Shown here: in pieces, positions 16,827-26,610 of the stretch | Layout of the letters: every line of letters begins with the position of its first letter | Position numbering within the stretch: the first letter of the stretch is position 1 | NCBI GenBank assembly: GCA_938048815.1 | Contig: CALIUI010000083.1 | Span: forward strand, 1-61,465 | Length of the DNA stretch: 61,465 bases | From: an uncultured Aquificaceae bacterium | Lineage (GTDB): Bacteria > Aquificota > Aquificia > Aquificales > Aquificaceae | Reading direction: 5' to 3' | Notes under the pieces: generated by a model | The model's database searches: none | What the model saw: only the letters and a program-made list of their open reading frames with translations | What the model was told of the DNA's origin: nothing | Translations under genes and position numbers: made by a program

Positions 16827-18122
16827 GTGTTGGACCTTTTGATTAAAAAGGCACTGTTGCCCGATAAAAAGATATTGGTGGATATAGGCATAAAAGACGG
16901 AGTTATAGTGGAGATATGCCAGGAAATATCACAGGAGGCAAAGCATACTGTAAGGGCTGAAGGAAAGTTGATTTTTCCTTCCTTTGCCAACATGCATACC
17001 CATATCTCCATGAGCCTTTTGAGAGGTCTTGGTGCAGACCTTCCCCTTATGGATTGGCTCCAAAAGGTTATATGGGTGTTGGAGGGAGAGTTTGTTTCTC
17101 CAGAGTTTGTAAAAGATGGAGCCCTTATAGGTATAGCAGAGGCTATTAGGTCTGGCACAACCCTTTTTATGGACATGTACTTTTTTGAAGAGGCTTTGGC
17201 AGAAGTTGCCCAAAGGGCGGGCATAAGGGCGGGGCTTGGTTTTGGAATATTGGATTTTCCTACAAAGGTTGCCAAAAGCCCCAAGGAGTACCTGAGCAGG
17301 GCAAGGGCTTTCATAAAAGACTATAAAAACTCTAACCTTCTTTTCCCAGTTCTTTGTCCCCATGCTGTCTATACATGTTCTCCAGATACCTACAAAAAAG
17401 CCTATGAAATAGCCCTTGAGGAGGATGTTTACATACACACCCACGTGGCAGAAACGCAGCAAGAAGTAAAAGCTTGTCTTGAAAAGTACGGAAAAAGACC
17501 TGTGGAGCATCTTTACAGCCTTGGCGTATTAGGGGATAAAGTCCTTATGGCACATGTGGTTTGGACGGAGGGAGAGGAAAGGGAAATGATAAAAGCTACG
17601 GGGGCGAAGGTTCTCCATTGTCCAGAGAGCAATCTAAAGTTGGCTTCGGGCATAGCCCCCATAAGGGATTACCTTAAAAGAGGCATTCACGTGTGCCTTG
17701 GTACCGATGGACCTGCTTCCAATGATAACCTTGACATGCTGGAGGAGTTAAGCCTTATGGTGAAACTTCAAAAGGGCGTAAACCTTGACGCAAAGGCTAT
17801 GGAGGCCAAAACTGCTCTAAGGATAGCCGCGGAAGAAGGCTTTAAAGCTGTTGGTATAAAAGCGGGCAAGGTAGAGGTGGGATACGAAGCAGACCTTATC
17901 CTTGTGGATTATAAGAAGCCTCATTTTCAGCCCCTTTACGATCCCATAGCACAGTTTGTTTATTCCGCCAAATCCTCGGACATAGACACGGTTATATGCA
18001 AGGGAAGGGTGCTTATGGAAAAGGGAGAGTTAAAAACCCTTGACCAAGAGGAAGTTCTCTTTACCGCAAAGAAATGGAAGGATAAGATAGAAAGGTTTTT
18101 GATGGATAAATTTTTAACTTAA
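16827..18122 (+). CDS. mtaD: 5-methylthioadenosine/S-adenosylhomocysteine deaminase (amidohydrolase)
   Basis: NMHTH, PHAVY, HTHVAET, HCPESNLKLASG and LGTDG motifs. Confidence 0.88.
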   Translation: MLDLLIKKALLPDKKILVDIGIKDGVIVEICQEISQEAKHTVRAEGKLIFPSFANMHTHISMSLLRGLGADLPLMDWLQKVIWVLEGEFVSPEFVKDGALIGIAEAIRSGTTLFMDMYFFEEALAEVAQRAGIRAGLGFGILDFPTKVAKSPKEYLSRARAFIKDYKNSNLLFPVLCPHAVYTCSPDTYKKAYEIALEEDVYIHTHVAETQQEVKACLEKYGKRPVEHLYSLGVLGDKVLMAHVVWTEGEEREMIKATGAKVLHCPESNLKLASGIAPIRDYLKRGIHVCLGTDGPASNDNLDMLEELSLMVKLQKGVNLDAKAMEAKTALRIAAEEGFKAVGIKAGKVEVGYEADLILVDYKKPHFQPLYDPIAQFVYSAKSSDIDTVICKGRVLMEKGELKTLDQEEVLFTAKKWKDKIERFLMDKFLT

Positions 18123-18195
18123 CGGGGTGTGGCTCAGGTGGGAGAGCGTCGGCTTCGGGAGCCGAAGGTCAGGGGTTCAAGTCCCCTCACCCCGA
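18123..18195 (+). tRNA. tRNA-Pro (CGG); CCA not encoded
   Basis: Acceptor stem CGGGGTG/CACCCCG-A, anticodon stem TCGGC/GCCGA with loop TTCGGGA, T-arm AGGGG-TTCAAGT-CCCCT. Confidence 0.95.
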
Positions 18196-18219
18196 TAAAA
18201 ATTTAAGGAGGTAAGAAGC

Positions 18220-19188
18220 ATGAAAAAGCTTGCCCTTTTAGGTCTTTTTGGCTTTGCCTTTTCCCAGCCCCTTATTGACCCGCCCTTTTCAGACAGGCTT
18301 TTCCCCTATGTTAGATACGGTGAAGCTTGGACAGGCACCCCTGCCCCTGTGAAGGATGCCACTCTACCAAACACCCTTATAGTATATGGTTCAAAGGAAG
18401 ACCCAGAGATAATCGCCCTTGCGGGCAGGATAGCCTACTATTTAGGACAGTGGACGGAGGACATAGGTTTTACCGCAGAGGATGTAAAACAGTCAAGGAT
18501 GCCAGAGCTTTTAGTAAGCGACCAGAGGCTAAAAAACCTTGATTACCAAAACCTTATAGTGGTGGGAACCAACAACGAAATAGTTAAGGAGCTTGGCTTG
18601 AGCTTTGAAAAGCCCACTGTGAAGGTTATACAAAGGGATGGGAAAAGCATACTGATCGTAGGAGGTGCCAACAAGGAACAGGTGATGCAAGCGGGCAAAT
18701 ATTTAGCGGACGTAAGACTAAACTTCAAAGCGGGTGCCTATAAAACCTTTTTCTCCTTTGTTGCCCTAAGGGGGTATATAGAAAAGGGTGAGCTTGATGC
18801 CGCTTTAAGGCTTGTGAATAGCCCTTCGGGCATTTCTGCTTGTGGTAAAAACATGGCTTTGGCAGGACCTATGGTTGCCCAATGGGGCGACGACCTAAAA
18901 GCGCTGGTAAGACACAGGAATAACATCCTCTATAAGGAACTGCCAAAGGCTTTGGAGGAAAGGGATAAGGAAAGGGCAGTTAGCCTTTGGAAAGAAGCCA
19001 TGCAGACCTGTTATCAATGCCACCAAGGCATACAAGTACCACAGGTTAGAAGGTTCAAGCCCTTAGAAGGCATCCATGCAAAGCACCAGCAGATAGCGGA
19101 GAGCTTTGGATTGGTAAGGGTGATAGGCACAGAAAAGTCCTGTATAGCGTGCCACGCAGGACCTACCACAGTTAGGGGTTATAAATAA
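18220..19188 (+). CDS. Secreted di-heme cytochrome c of unknown function
   Basis: SD AAGGAGGT, signal peptide, CYQCH and CIACH motifs. Confidence 0.75.
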   Translation: MKKLALLGLFGFAFSQPLIDPPFSDRLFPYVRYGEAWTGTPAPVKDATLPNTLIVYGSKEDPEIIALAGRIAYYLGQWTEDIGFTAEDVKQSRMPELLVSDQRLKNLDYQNLIVVGTNNEIVKELGLSFEKPTVKVIQRDGKSILIVGGANKEQVMQAGKYLADVRLNFKAGAYKTFFSFVALRGYIEKGELDAALRLVNSPSGISACGKNMALAGPMVAQWGDDLKALVRHRNNILYKELPKALEERDKERAVSLWKEAMQTCYQCHQGIQVPQVRRFKPLEGIHAKHQQIAESFGLVRVIGTEKSCIACHAGPTTVRGYK

Positions 19189-19191
19189 CCT

Positions 19192-19216
19192 TGTGGCACG
19201 GGCTTCTTGCCTGTGC
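19192..19216. repeat. Isolated REP-like hairpin (possible terminator)
   Basis: GTGGCACGGGC-ttctt-GCCTGTGCC directly after the stop codon. Confidence 0.5.
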
Positions 19217-19339
19217 CTTACTAAGAAATGAACAACTTACGGATTGCTCCCGTTAAGAAAAATAATCGGGCGGTTTTTGAAGTACCTCAATCACTCCTGC
19301 AAAAAAGTTCCCACTTGTTTGTGTATAAAATATTTCTCC

Positions 19340-20212
19340 ATGGTTAGTGTGATTATAGCGGTTTATAATGGTGAAAAATTTGTAAATAGGGCTATAGCTT
19401 CTGCCTTGAATCAAGATATACAAGATTTGGAAGTTATAATAGTGGATGATTGTTCAAAGGATAATACGAGGGATGTTATCTATAAGGAATATGGGAGTTT
19501 GATAGGAAAAAGGATTTCTTACTACAGAAATTCGGAAAATCTTGAGAGATCACGTAGTAGAAACATAGGATTTGACCTAAGTAAAGGAGATTATGTTTTT
19601 TTCTTAGATTATGACGATGAATGGGAGAAGGATTACATAAAGGAATCCTTAAAATACTTTGAAAAAGGCTATGATATAGTTTATAGCGCACCAAGAAGCT
19701 TTATAGACAAAGATTCAAAGATCCTTAGAATATCCCAGAAAACCATCCCGCAGGACGCGGAAAAGCTCATCTTTACCGGTTATATAGGGTATCCATCTGC
19801 TTCTGCCTTTAAAAGGTCTTCTTTCTTAAGGTATAGAGAGGATGTAGTTTTAAGGGAAGATTGGGAGATCTACCTTAGAAGCTATTTTTCTGGCTTAAAG
19901 ATAAAGATCTTGGATAACAACAGGGTAAAAATAAGGGAACATGGTGGTAGAAGTAGTAGGAATATATACATGCTAAGCGTCACCATGAAGATATACGAGG
20001 AATATATACACAAAGTTCCAAAGGAGTATAAAAGGGATTTTCTTTTTCATATGGCGGAAATGAACCTAAGGTTTGGGAATCTGCCCCTTGGTTGGAAGTT
20101 TTTCTTTAAATCCTTGAGCCTTTCCACCTTAAGCAATCCAAGGAATTTATTGTCTTTAGTAAAAAGAGGCTTTAGAATAGACAGGTATTTTCATTACCTT
20201 ATGGCTACTTAA
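19340..20212 (+). CDS. Glycosyltransferase family 2
   Basis: VSVIIAVYN, IIVDDCS, FLDYDD and EDWE motifs; start moved to MVSV. Confidence 0.9.
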   Translation: MVSVIIAVYNGEKFVNRAIASALNQDIQDLEVIIVDDCSKDNTRDVIYKEYGSLIGKRISYYRNSENLERSRSRNIGFDLSKGDYVFFLDYDDEWEKDYIKESLKYFEKGYDIVYSAPRSFIDKDSKILRISQKTIPQDAEKLIFTGYIGYPSASAFKRSSFLRYREDVVLREDWEIYLRSYFSGLKIKILDNNRVKIREHGGRSSRNIYMLSVTMKIYEEYIHKVPKEYKRDFLFHMAEMNLRFGNLPLGWKFFFKSLSLSTLSNPRNLLSLVKRGFRIDRYFHYLMAT

Positions 20213-21275
20213 CCTTTCCTGCGGATATTTCACTCAAAGGCAGGATAACGCTAAGGACTACAAAGGCGACCAACAAGCCCACCAAGAGCATAGCCAAGGG
20301 CTCCACAAACCTAAGCCAAAAGGCTATAGTATTCTGTGCTTGACGTTCGTACATCTCCTTTAGCATCTTTAAACTTCTTTCCAACTCTCCACCTCTTTCG
20401 CCTATGGCTAACAGGTTTATAAAGGTCTCTGGAAAGACTCCCCTATCCTTTAAAAGGGCGCTAAGACTTTTACCTTTGGCTATTTCCAATTCAATGTCCA
20501 CCAAAGAATACCTAAGATAGTTATTGGAAATACTTCCAAGGCTTAGGCTTATAGCCTTTGTTATGGGAATGCCAGAAGATAAAGCCATATGTAAAGTGCC
20601 CGCAAAGCGAGAGATATTATACTGAAGGGATAAACTTCCAAGAACAGGAAGCTTTAAAAAATACCTGTCCCAACGTTCCTTTCCAAAGATCTTGTCCCTT
20701 AAAAGGTAAAAAACTACCAAAAGGGGAATAAGGTAAAGAAGGTAAGACAAAAGGTTGGCAAAGAACAAAAGTATCTTGGTTATAAGGGGCAATTCTTTTC
20801 CCAAGCCTTGGAGCACTAATAAAATCTTTGGGATTACAAACTTTACTACCACCAAAACTGCCAAAAGGCTTGTTATTATTACAAAGGAAGGGTATGCTAT
20901 GGCGTTAAATACTTTTGACTTTGTCTCTGCAATGGATTGAAGATACTCTCCCGCTATACGTAAAAGGTAAGGAAGGTTTTCTCCCCTTTGGACCACCTTT
21001 AACATCTCTTGGAAAAACTCTGGAAAGATTCCCACCTTTGAAAAGGAAGCAGATATACTCTCCCCCTTTTCTATGGATTCTTTTATCTCCCTTAGGGCGC
21101 CTTTTAACCTTTTTTCCTTTATTTGACCTTCTACCACCTCAAGGGCTTTTACCAAAGAAAGGCCAGACTCCAGAAGCATGGAAAGTTCCAATAAGATAAA
21201 GGAAAGGTCATAGTAAGAAGCCTTTGGCTTTATGGAAAGTCTTTTTTCTAAAAGCTCTTTTATACTTTTTGTCAT
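20205..21275 (-). CDS. Type II secretion / type IV pilus platform protein (GspF/PilC family)
   Basis: LLESGLSL, YPSF, GERGGEL and FVEP repeats. Confidence 0.9.
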   Translation of the reverse strand: MTKSIKELLEKRLSIKPKASYYDLSFILLELSMLLESGLSLVKALEVVEGQIKEKRLKGALREIKESIEKGESISASFSKVGIFPEFFQEMLKVVQRGENLPYLLRIAGEYLQSIAETKSKVFNAIAYPSFVIITSLLAVLVVVKFVIPKILLVLQGLGKELPLITKILLFFANLLSYLLYLIPLLVVFYLLRDKIFGKERWDRYFLKLPVLGSLSLQYNISRFAGTLHMALSSGIPITKAISLSLGSISNNYLRYSLVDIELEIAKGKSLSALLKDRGVFPETFINLLAIGERGGELERSLKMLKEMYERQAQNTIAFWLRFVEPLAMLLVGLLVAFVVLSVILPLSEISAGKVK

Positions 21276-21518
21276 TCTATGATTAATTTTAGCCTAAACT
21301 GACCTTGGTGCATAAAAGCTATAGCATAAATTAGCTATATAGTTGGCAAATTTTATTAATTGATTATTTTCTCAATTTTCTGAAATTATTTTGGGCCCAT
21401 TAGGCATTCTGTGATTTCCTCAAGTTTTTCCTAAAAAATACCCAACGGATCATTTGGCATCTTTAAGCAGAAATACGCTCCTACATACAATTTTTCACAG
21501 GGCGTATAATTAAACTTT

Positions 21519-22751
21519 ATGCTTCTATATGAACTCTATAAGGGCAAGGATTATCACATAGTCCCAACCCTTGAAAGGATAGAAAAGGCGGTAAATTATC
21601 TATCTATAAGGCCCTCCTACATATCCCTGCAAGTGGGAGGCACCAACGGTAAGGGCTCTACTTGCGCCTTTGCAGAAAGCCTTTTAAGACATCATGGCTA
21701 CAAGGTGGGTTGGTTTGTATCCCCCCATCTTTTTGAAGAGAGGGAAAGATGGAGGATAAATGCAGAAAAAATTCCCCAGGATAGACTCTTTTACCTTGTG
21801 GAGGAGTTAGAGGGTGTCTTTGAAAAGTTTCAACTTACCTACTTTGAGGCATGCACCTTGATAGCCCTTAAATATTTTGAAGAGGAAAAGGTTGACTTTG
21901 CAGTCTTTGAAGTGGGCATGGGAGGAAGATGGGATGCCACAAAGGTAAGCCTTCCAGAGGTATGCGTAATAACCAACATACAAAGAGACCACACCAGATG
22001 GTTAGGGACAGACTGTGAAAGTAGAGCTGTTGAGAAGCTTGGTATATACAGAAAGGGAAAGCCCTTGGTTCTTGGTAGTATGAGATATCCCTTGTATCCA
22101 AAGGCTTTGGAAATGTGTGATGAAAAGGATATATATGTGGCAGGCATTGACTTTTTCAGTAAAGGACAGGTAGAAGGCTTAAAAACTTATATGGAATTTT
22201 ATAAAGAGGATAAGGTAAGTTTCCATAGCATGGAGCTTGGACTTTGGGGAAGGTATCAGGTGGATAACGCAAGCCTTGCCCTGAAGGCTGTTGGGCTTTT
22301 AATAGACTTAAAAGAGGATTTGGTCAAAAAAGCCCTAAGATCTACAAAATGGGAAGGAAGGATGGAGATAGTGAGAGAAAAGCCCCTTTTAATGCTGGAT
22401 GGAGCCCATAATCCCGACGGTGTGGTAAGGATTGTAAGGGAGGTAAAAAAGCATATCGGTAATCTTGTACCTGTATTCACAGCCCTTAAAGAAAAAGAAT
22501 GGGAGACTTCACTGGAATATTTGAAAGAGCTTTCCTCTAAGCTTTACCTTGTACCCATAAAGCATCATAGGGGCGAAGATATGCAAAAGGTGTATAAAAC
22601 TGCCAAGGAAAAGGGTTTTAAAGAGGTTTGTCTCCTTGATGACTCGGAAGATATTTTAAAAATCAAAGAAGATGCACTGGTTTTGGGCTCCCTGTACCTT
22701 ATAGGAGAAGTAAAGGAAGCCCTTGAGAGGGTAAGGGTAGATGGAAGTTAA
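21519..22751 (+). CDS. folC: Folylpolyglutamate synthase / dihydrofolate synthase
   Basis: GTNGKGS, SPHL, EVGMGGRWDAT and LDGAHNP motifs. Confidence 0.95.
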   Translation: MLLYELYKGKDYHIVPTLERIEKAVNYLSIRPSYISLQVGGTNGKGSTCAFAESLLRHHGYKVGWFVSPHLFEERERWRINAEKIPQDRLFYLVEELEGVFEKFQLTYFEACTLIALKYFEEEKVDFAVFEVGMGGRWDATKVSLPEVCVITNIQRDHTRWLGTDCESRAVEKLGIYRKGKPLVLGSMRYPLYPKALEMCDEKDIYVAGIDFFSKGQVEGLKTYMEFYKEDKVSFHSMELGLWGRYQVDNASLALKAVGLLIDLKEDLVKKALRSTKWEGRMEIVREKPLLMLDGAHNPDGVVRIVREVKKHIGNLVPVFTALKEKEWETSLEYLKELSSKLYLVPIKHHRGEDMQKVYKTAKEKGFKEVCLLDDSEDILKIKEDALVLGSLYLIGEVKEALERVRVDGS

Positions 22752-23286
22752 GTTTGTAGGAAGTCTTAGAGAAAGTTTTCCAAAGGATGGAAAAGGACAT
22801 GTGGTATTCATAGGAAGGTCTAACGTGGGAAAGTCCTCTTTGATAAACATGTTGGTAGGAAGAAAAATAGCACAGGTAAGCAAAGAGCCTGGAAGGACAA
22901 GGAGTATAAATTTCTTCCTTATTGAGAACATATACCTTGTAGATTTGCCCGGTTATGGCTTTGCAAAGGTTTCAAAAAAAGAAAGGGAAGAGTGGAAAAG
23001 GATGATAGAAAACTATTTTATGAACTGCTGGAAGGATATAAAGGTTGTTTTTCTTCTGATAGATTGCCTTGTGGGTCCCACAGACTTAGACCTTGAGGCT
23101 ATAAATTGGATAGAAGCTTGGAAATTACCCTACCTTGTGGTCCTTACAAAGTGCGATCGTGCCACTCAAGGAGAAATTCAGAAAACTTTGTCCCAATTAA
23201 AAAGCTATACGAATAGCCAAGTGATAATAACCTCATCAAAGGAAGGGAAAGGGAAAAGGGAGATAGGAAAGTATGTTTTTAGTTAA
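22741..23286 (+). CDS. engB: Ribosome biogenesis GTPase YihA/YsxC
   Basis: GRSNVGKSS, PGRT, DLPGYG and TKCD motifs. Confidence 0.95.
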   Translation: MEVKFVGSLRESFPKDGKGHVVFIGRSNVGKSSLINMLVGRKIAQVSKEPGRTRSINFFLIENIYLVDLPGYGFAKVSKKEREEWKRMIENYFMNCWKDIKVVFLLIDCLVGPTDLDLEAINWIEAWKLPYLVVLTKCDRATQGEIQKTLSQLKSYTNSQVIITSSKEGKGKREIGKYVFS

Positions 23287-24091
23287 GGCACCTCAAGAAG
23301 AGCTTATAAAAAATACCAAAAGGATCCTTAAGAAGTATTCCTTAAACACCGTCTGCGAAGGGTCTTTGTGTCCCAACATGGGAGAGTGTTTTGGTGAAGG
23401 GACTGCTACCTTTTTGATATTGGGAGAGGTATGTACAAGGGCTTGTAAATACTGCAACCTTTCTACAGGAAAGCCAAAACCACCCGATATTTCTGAGCCC
23501 GTAAGGCTCTACTATGCAGTAAAGGAACTAAGGTTAAAGTATGTGGTTATAACCTCTGTAGATAGAGATGATTTGCCCGATTATGGAGCAAGCCACTTTA
23601 GGAGGTGTGTGGAGTTCCTAAGATCAAGGGATAAGGATTTAAAGGTGGAGGTTTTAACACCAGATTTTAGAGGTTATAAAAAAGCCTTGGATGAGGTAAT
23701 TGCTTCACAACCCCATGTCCTTGCCCATAATGTAGAGGCGGTAGAAAGACTCTTTCTAAGGGTTAGACCCCAAGGGGATTATAAAAGAAGTCTTGAAGTT
23801 TTAGAGTACTATGCTCAAAGCGGCATAAAGGTAAAATCGGGTTTGATGGTGGGTTTTGGGGAAAAAAGGGAAGAGATAATAAAAACTTTGGAAGATTTAA
23901 GAAGGGTTGGCGTGTCTTTGTTGGTAATAGGGCAATATTTACAGCCCACACGCCATCACTACCCCGTAGAAAAGATATACAAAGAAGAGGAGTTTGAAGA
24001 GTTAAAAGAGATAGGACTCTCTATGGGTTTTGAAAAGGTGCTTTCTAAGCCCTTGGCCCGTTCCTCCTATCATGCGAAAGATATGTTATAG
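23273..24091 (+). CDS. lipA: Lipoyl synthase
   Basis: CEGSLCPNMGEC (CX4CX5C), CTRACKYC radical-SAM motif, RSSY. Confidence 0.95.
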   Translation: MFLVKAPQEELIKNTKRILKKYSLNTVCEGSLCPNMGECFGEGTATFLILGEVCTRACKYCNLSTGKPKPPDISEPVRLYYAVKELRLKYVVITSVDRDDLPDYGASHFRRCVEFLRSRDKDLKVEVLTPDFRGYKKALDEVIASQPHVLAHNVEAVERLFLRVRPQGDYKRSLEVLEYYAQSGIKVKSGLMVGFGEKREEIIKTLEDLRRVGVSLLVIGQYLQPTRHHYPVEKIYKEEEFEELKEIGLSMGFEKVLSKPLARSSYHAKDML

Positions 24092-24176
24092 TTAAAAAAA
24101 TCCACCCTTTGTGTGGCGTATGCTATACAGCTGCGCAGACATCCTTGCTTGCCAGTACCTTATAAAATTCATCTCA

Positions 24177-24324
24177 GGGTGTTTCAAAAACAGTTCGTGT
24201 TTCTGAAGCAGGAAAATATCTTTAAAGAGGGCTAAATCTTGCTTGCTAAAGAGGATGAGTTTAGTGCAGATGGTTATTTTGCTTATTGCCTAACAATGTC
24301 TATCATAGAAATTTTGAAACGCCC
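24177..24324 (-). mobile_element. Family C mini-element with both TIRs and a TCA target duplication; contains the tnpB 5' end
   Basis: TCA|GGGTGTTTCAAAA...TTTTGAAACGCCC|TCA; minus strand reads KITICTKLILFSKQDLALFKD, homologous to 4289-4220. Confidence 0.8.
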
Positions 24325-24329
24325 TCATT

Positions 24330-24446
24330 CCTGGATGGAATAAGTGAGCTCGGGCGGGTTAAAACCCGCCAAATAATTTCTTGAAGTAGTGGGGGTGCCC
24401 TCTTTTGAAAGGAGGAGTAGTCTATGGGTTATTTTTGAAATATCTT
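24330..24446 (+). mobile_element. Family C 3'-end remnant (degenerate)
   Basis: CTGGATGGAATAAGTGAGCTCGGGC matches the reverse complement of 12670-12695; ends GGGTTATTTTTGAAATATCT. Confidence 0.65.
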
Positions 24447-24454
24447 AGTATAAG

Positions 24455-24592
24455 ATGCGCTACATTAAAATAGTGTTTTGGGTTGGATTTGTATGCCTTT
24501 TTCTTTGTAATTGTTCTGCTATGGTAAGCACCGAGGGAAGTGATGTAAGAATAGGCGGCGGAGTTCAAATACAAATACAGCATAGGAGATAA
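24455..24592 (+). CDS. Putative 45-aa lipoprotein (below ORF-track cutoff)
   Basis: MRYIKIVFWVGFVCLFLCNCSAMVSTEGSDVRIGGGVQIQIQHRR; stop 2 nt before the yggS start. Confidence 0.5.
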   Translation: MRYIKIVFWVGFVCLFLCNCSAMVSTEGSDVRIGGGVQIQIQHRR

Positions 24593-24594
24593 AT

Positions 24595-25275
24595 ATGGCT
24601 TGCGAAAGCCTAAGCTATGTAGAAGAAAGGATTATAAAGGCTTGTGAAAGGGCAGGAAGAAAAAGGGAAGAGGTTTTGCTTTTGGGAGCCAGTAAGGGTG
24701 TGCCCTTAGAAAGGATAAAGGAATTTTATAAGTGTGGGCTATCTACTTTTGGAGAGAACCGAGTTCAGGAGTTTTTGAAAAAGTGGGAAGGTCTAAAGGA
24801 TTTATCCATTGATTGGCATTTTATAGGAAGGCTTCAAAGCAACAAAGTAAAGTACATTATAGATAAAGTAAGTTTGATACATTCCTTGGATAGAGAAAGC
24901 TTACTTGAAGAATTAGAAAAGAGAGCAAAAGCTATGAATAAGGTCCAAGAGGTCTTGGTTGAAGTGAATGTGGGTGGGGAGGAAACAAAGGGCGGAATAG
25001 AGCCGGAGAATCTTAGGGCTTTTCTTGAAAAGATTATGCAAGCGGAAAATATAAAGGTACTGGGACTTATGTGCATACCCCCCTATAGGGAAGGCCCAGA
25101 GGAGGTAAGACCTTACTTTTCTCTTTTGAGAAGGCTAAAGAAGGATTTAGAAAAGGAGTTTGGAGTAAAGTTGCCCCACCTTTCCATGGGTATGTCCCAC
25201 GACTTTGAGGTGGCAATAGAAGAAGGAGCCACGATTATAAGGGTTGGTACCCTACTTTTCGGAGGAAGAAGCTAA
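24595..25275 (+). CDS. yggS: PLP homeostasis protein YggS
   Basis: ASK, FGENRVQE, WHFIGRLQSNK and LSMGMSHDFE motifs. Confidence 0.95.
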   Translation: MACESLSYVEERIIKACERAGRKREEVLLLGASKGVPLERIKEFYKCGLSTFGENRVQEFLKKWEGLKDLSIDWHFIGRLQSNKVKYIIDKVSLIHSLDRESLLEELEKRAKAMNKVQEVLVEVNVGGEETKGGIEPENLRAFLEKIMQAENIKVLGLMCIPPYREGPEEVRPYFSLLRRLKKDLEKEFGVKLPHLSMGMSHDFEVAIEEGATIIRVGTLLFGGRS

Positions 25276-26241
25276 ATAAACTTCCCTTACGGGGAAGGGT
25301 ATCTTTATGCCCTCTTCTTCGTATCGTTTCTTTAATCTCTTTATAAACTCACTCCTTAAAAGATGCTGGCTTGGAAAGTCCTTTGCACGAAGTACTACGT
25401 TGAGGTTTATAGAAAAGTCTCCAAACTGGAAGAATCTAACAAGGGGCTCAAAGTCTTGTACTGCACCCTCCACCTCTTTTTGAACTTCCCTTGCCACCTC
25501 AAGGGTGATCCTTTCCACCTTTTCAAGGTCACTATCATAAGAAACTCCCACAGGGATTATCACAGAAAGCTCAGGCTGGGGCATATGGAAGTTGGTTAGT
25601 ATGGATGTGGATAATTTGGAGTTGGGAACGATTATAATGTTGTTGCTTGGATGTCTTAGAAGGGTATTTCTCCAGGTGATGTCCTCCACAAAGCCCTCCT
25701 CTCCGCTTGAGAGTTTTATGTAATCTCCTACCTTTATCTGGCGGGAGGCAAGTATATGAAAGCCTGCAAAGAGGTTTTCAAGGGTATCTCTAAGTGCCAA
25801 AGCCACCGCCAAACCGCCAACACCAAGAGCTGTAAGGATGGGAGTTATGGCTATGCCTATCTTATCCAAGGCTATGATTATACCTACCACCATAATGGCA
25901 GCCTTTAAAGCCTGTACCAAAAGGGATGCTGCAGGAAGATCTGTTTGATATCTGCTGAGGTAAATCCTAAGGAGGCTGCTCAAAAGCCTTGAAAGGAAGA
26001 GAAAAATAGAAAAGATCAGGAGAAGCCAAAGGGCTTTTTCCTTTAGAATCCTTAGGCTTTCTGAGACCTTTACCTCCTCCGATAGCAGGTACAGAGTCAA
26101 AAGAAAGGACCAAAGGGTAGGCATAAAACGCAGGTTTTCTACGAGAAGTTTTAATTTTTCTACACGCTTTAATGGGTAAAAAAGGAGCTTTTCAAAGAGA
26201 AAGCCCACTATGGGTATAAAAAGGATCAAAAGGTATTTCAT
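25252..26241 (-). CDS. Small-conductance mechanosensitive channel (MscS family)
   Basis: LGVGGLAVALALRDTLEN, VGDYI, VPNS, GVSYDSD and IPFP motifs. Confidence 0.93.
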   Translation of the reverse strand: MKYLLILFIPIVGFLFEKLLFYPLKRVEKLKLLVENLRFMPTLWSFLLTLYLLSEEVKVSESLRILKEKALWLLLIFSIFLFLSRLLSSLLRIYLSRYQTDLPAASLLVQALKAAIMVVGIIIALDKIGIAITPILTALGVGGLAVALALRDTLENLFAGFHILASRQIKVGDYIKLSSGEEGFVEDITWRNTLLRHPSNNIIIVPNSKLSTSILTNFHMPQPELSVIIPVGVSYDSDLEKVERITLEVAREVQKEVEGAVQDFEPLVRFFQFGDFSINLNVVLRAKDFPSQHLLRSEFIKRLKKRYEEEGIKIPFPVREVYLASSSEK

Positions 26242-26280
26242 TAAAGATTTATTATAAATAAACAGAACACCTGAGCTACA

Positions 26281-26610
26281 GGCTTTGGTGAATAGATCTG
26301 GTGTTGGTGCGTAAATAACTTATGGTATATTAGTTTTGACATCCTAAAATTAGACCTTCCAATCCCAGGCCACACCATCATATTTTGTAGGAGTAGAAAG
26401 CTAAATATACAGCGTAATTGTGTGAGTAGTAGGCTGGATAAGATGCGTAGGATTGAGTTATTGGTTTGGTGTAAGGTGTTGAGTATTATGGATATGTTAT
26501 ATGTGGCTAAGAGTTATGCGTGTTAAAGGTGTGTGGAGTAGTAAAATTGTGGGTGGAGTTTGTGTTGAATATCTTTTTATGCACCAATGCCGAATTTATG
26601 CACAAATGCC
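26281..26610. mobile_element. Nested family B elements (outer 26281-26610, inner 26300-26591)
   Basis: Outer ends GGCTTTGGTGAATA / ATTTATGCACAAATGCC; inner ends GGTGTTGGTGCGTAAA / TTTATGCACCAATGCC. Confidence 0.72.

Noticed and set aside
18123-20212. Genomic island integrated at tRNA-Pro
   Set aside because: No integrase and no duplicated tRNA 3' end seen in the window.
21290-21500. AT-rich intergenic region as ncRNA or replication origin
   Set aside because: It holds only weak B-like (CCTTGGTGCATAAA) and A-like (ACCCAACG) end remnants; no DnaA-box cluster or convincing structure.
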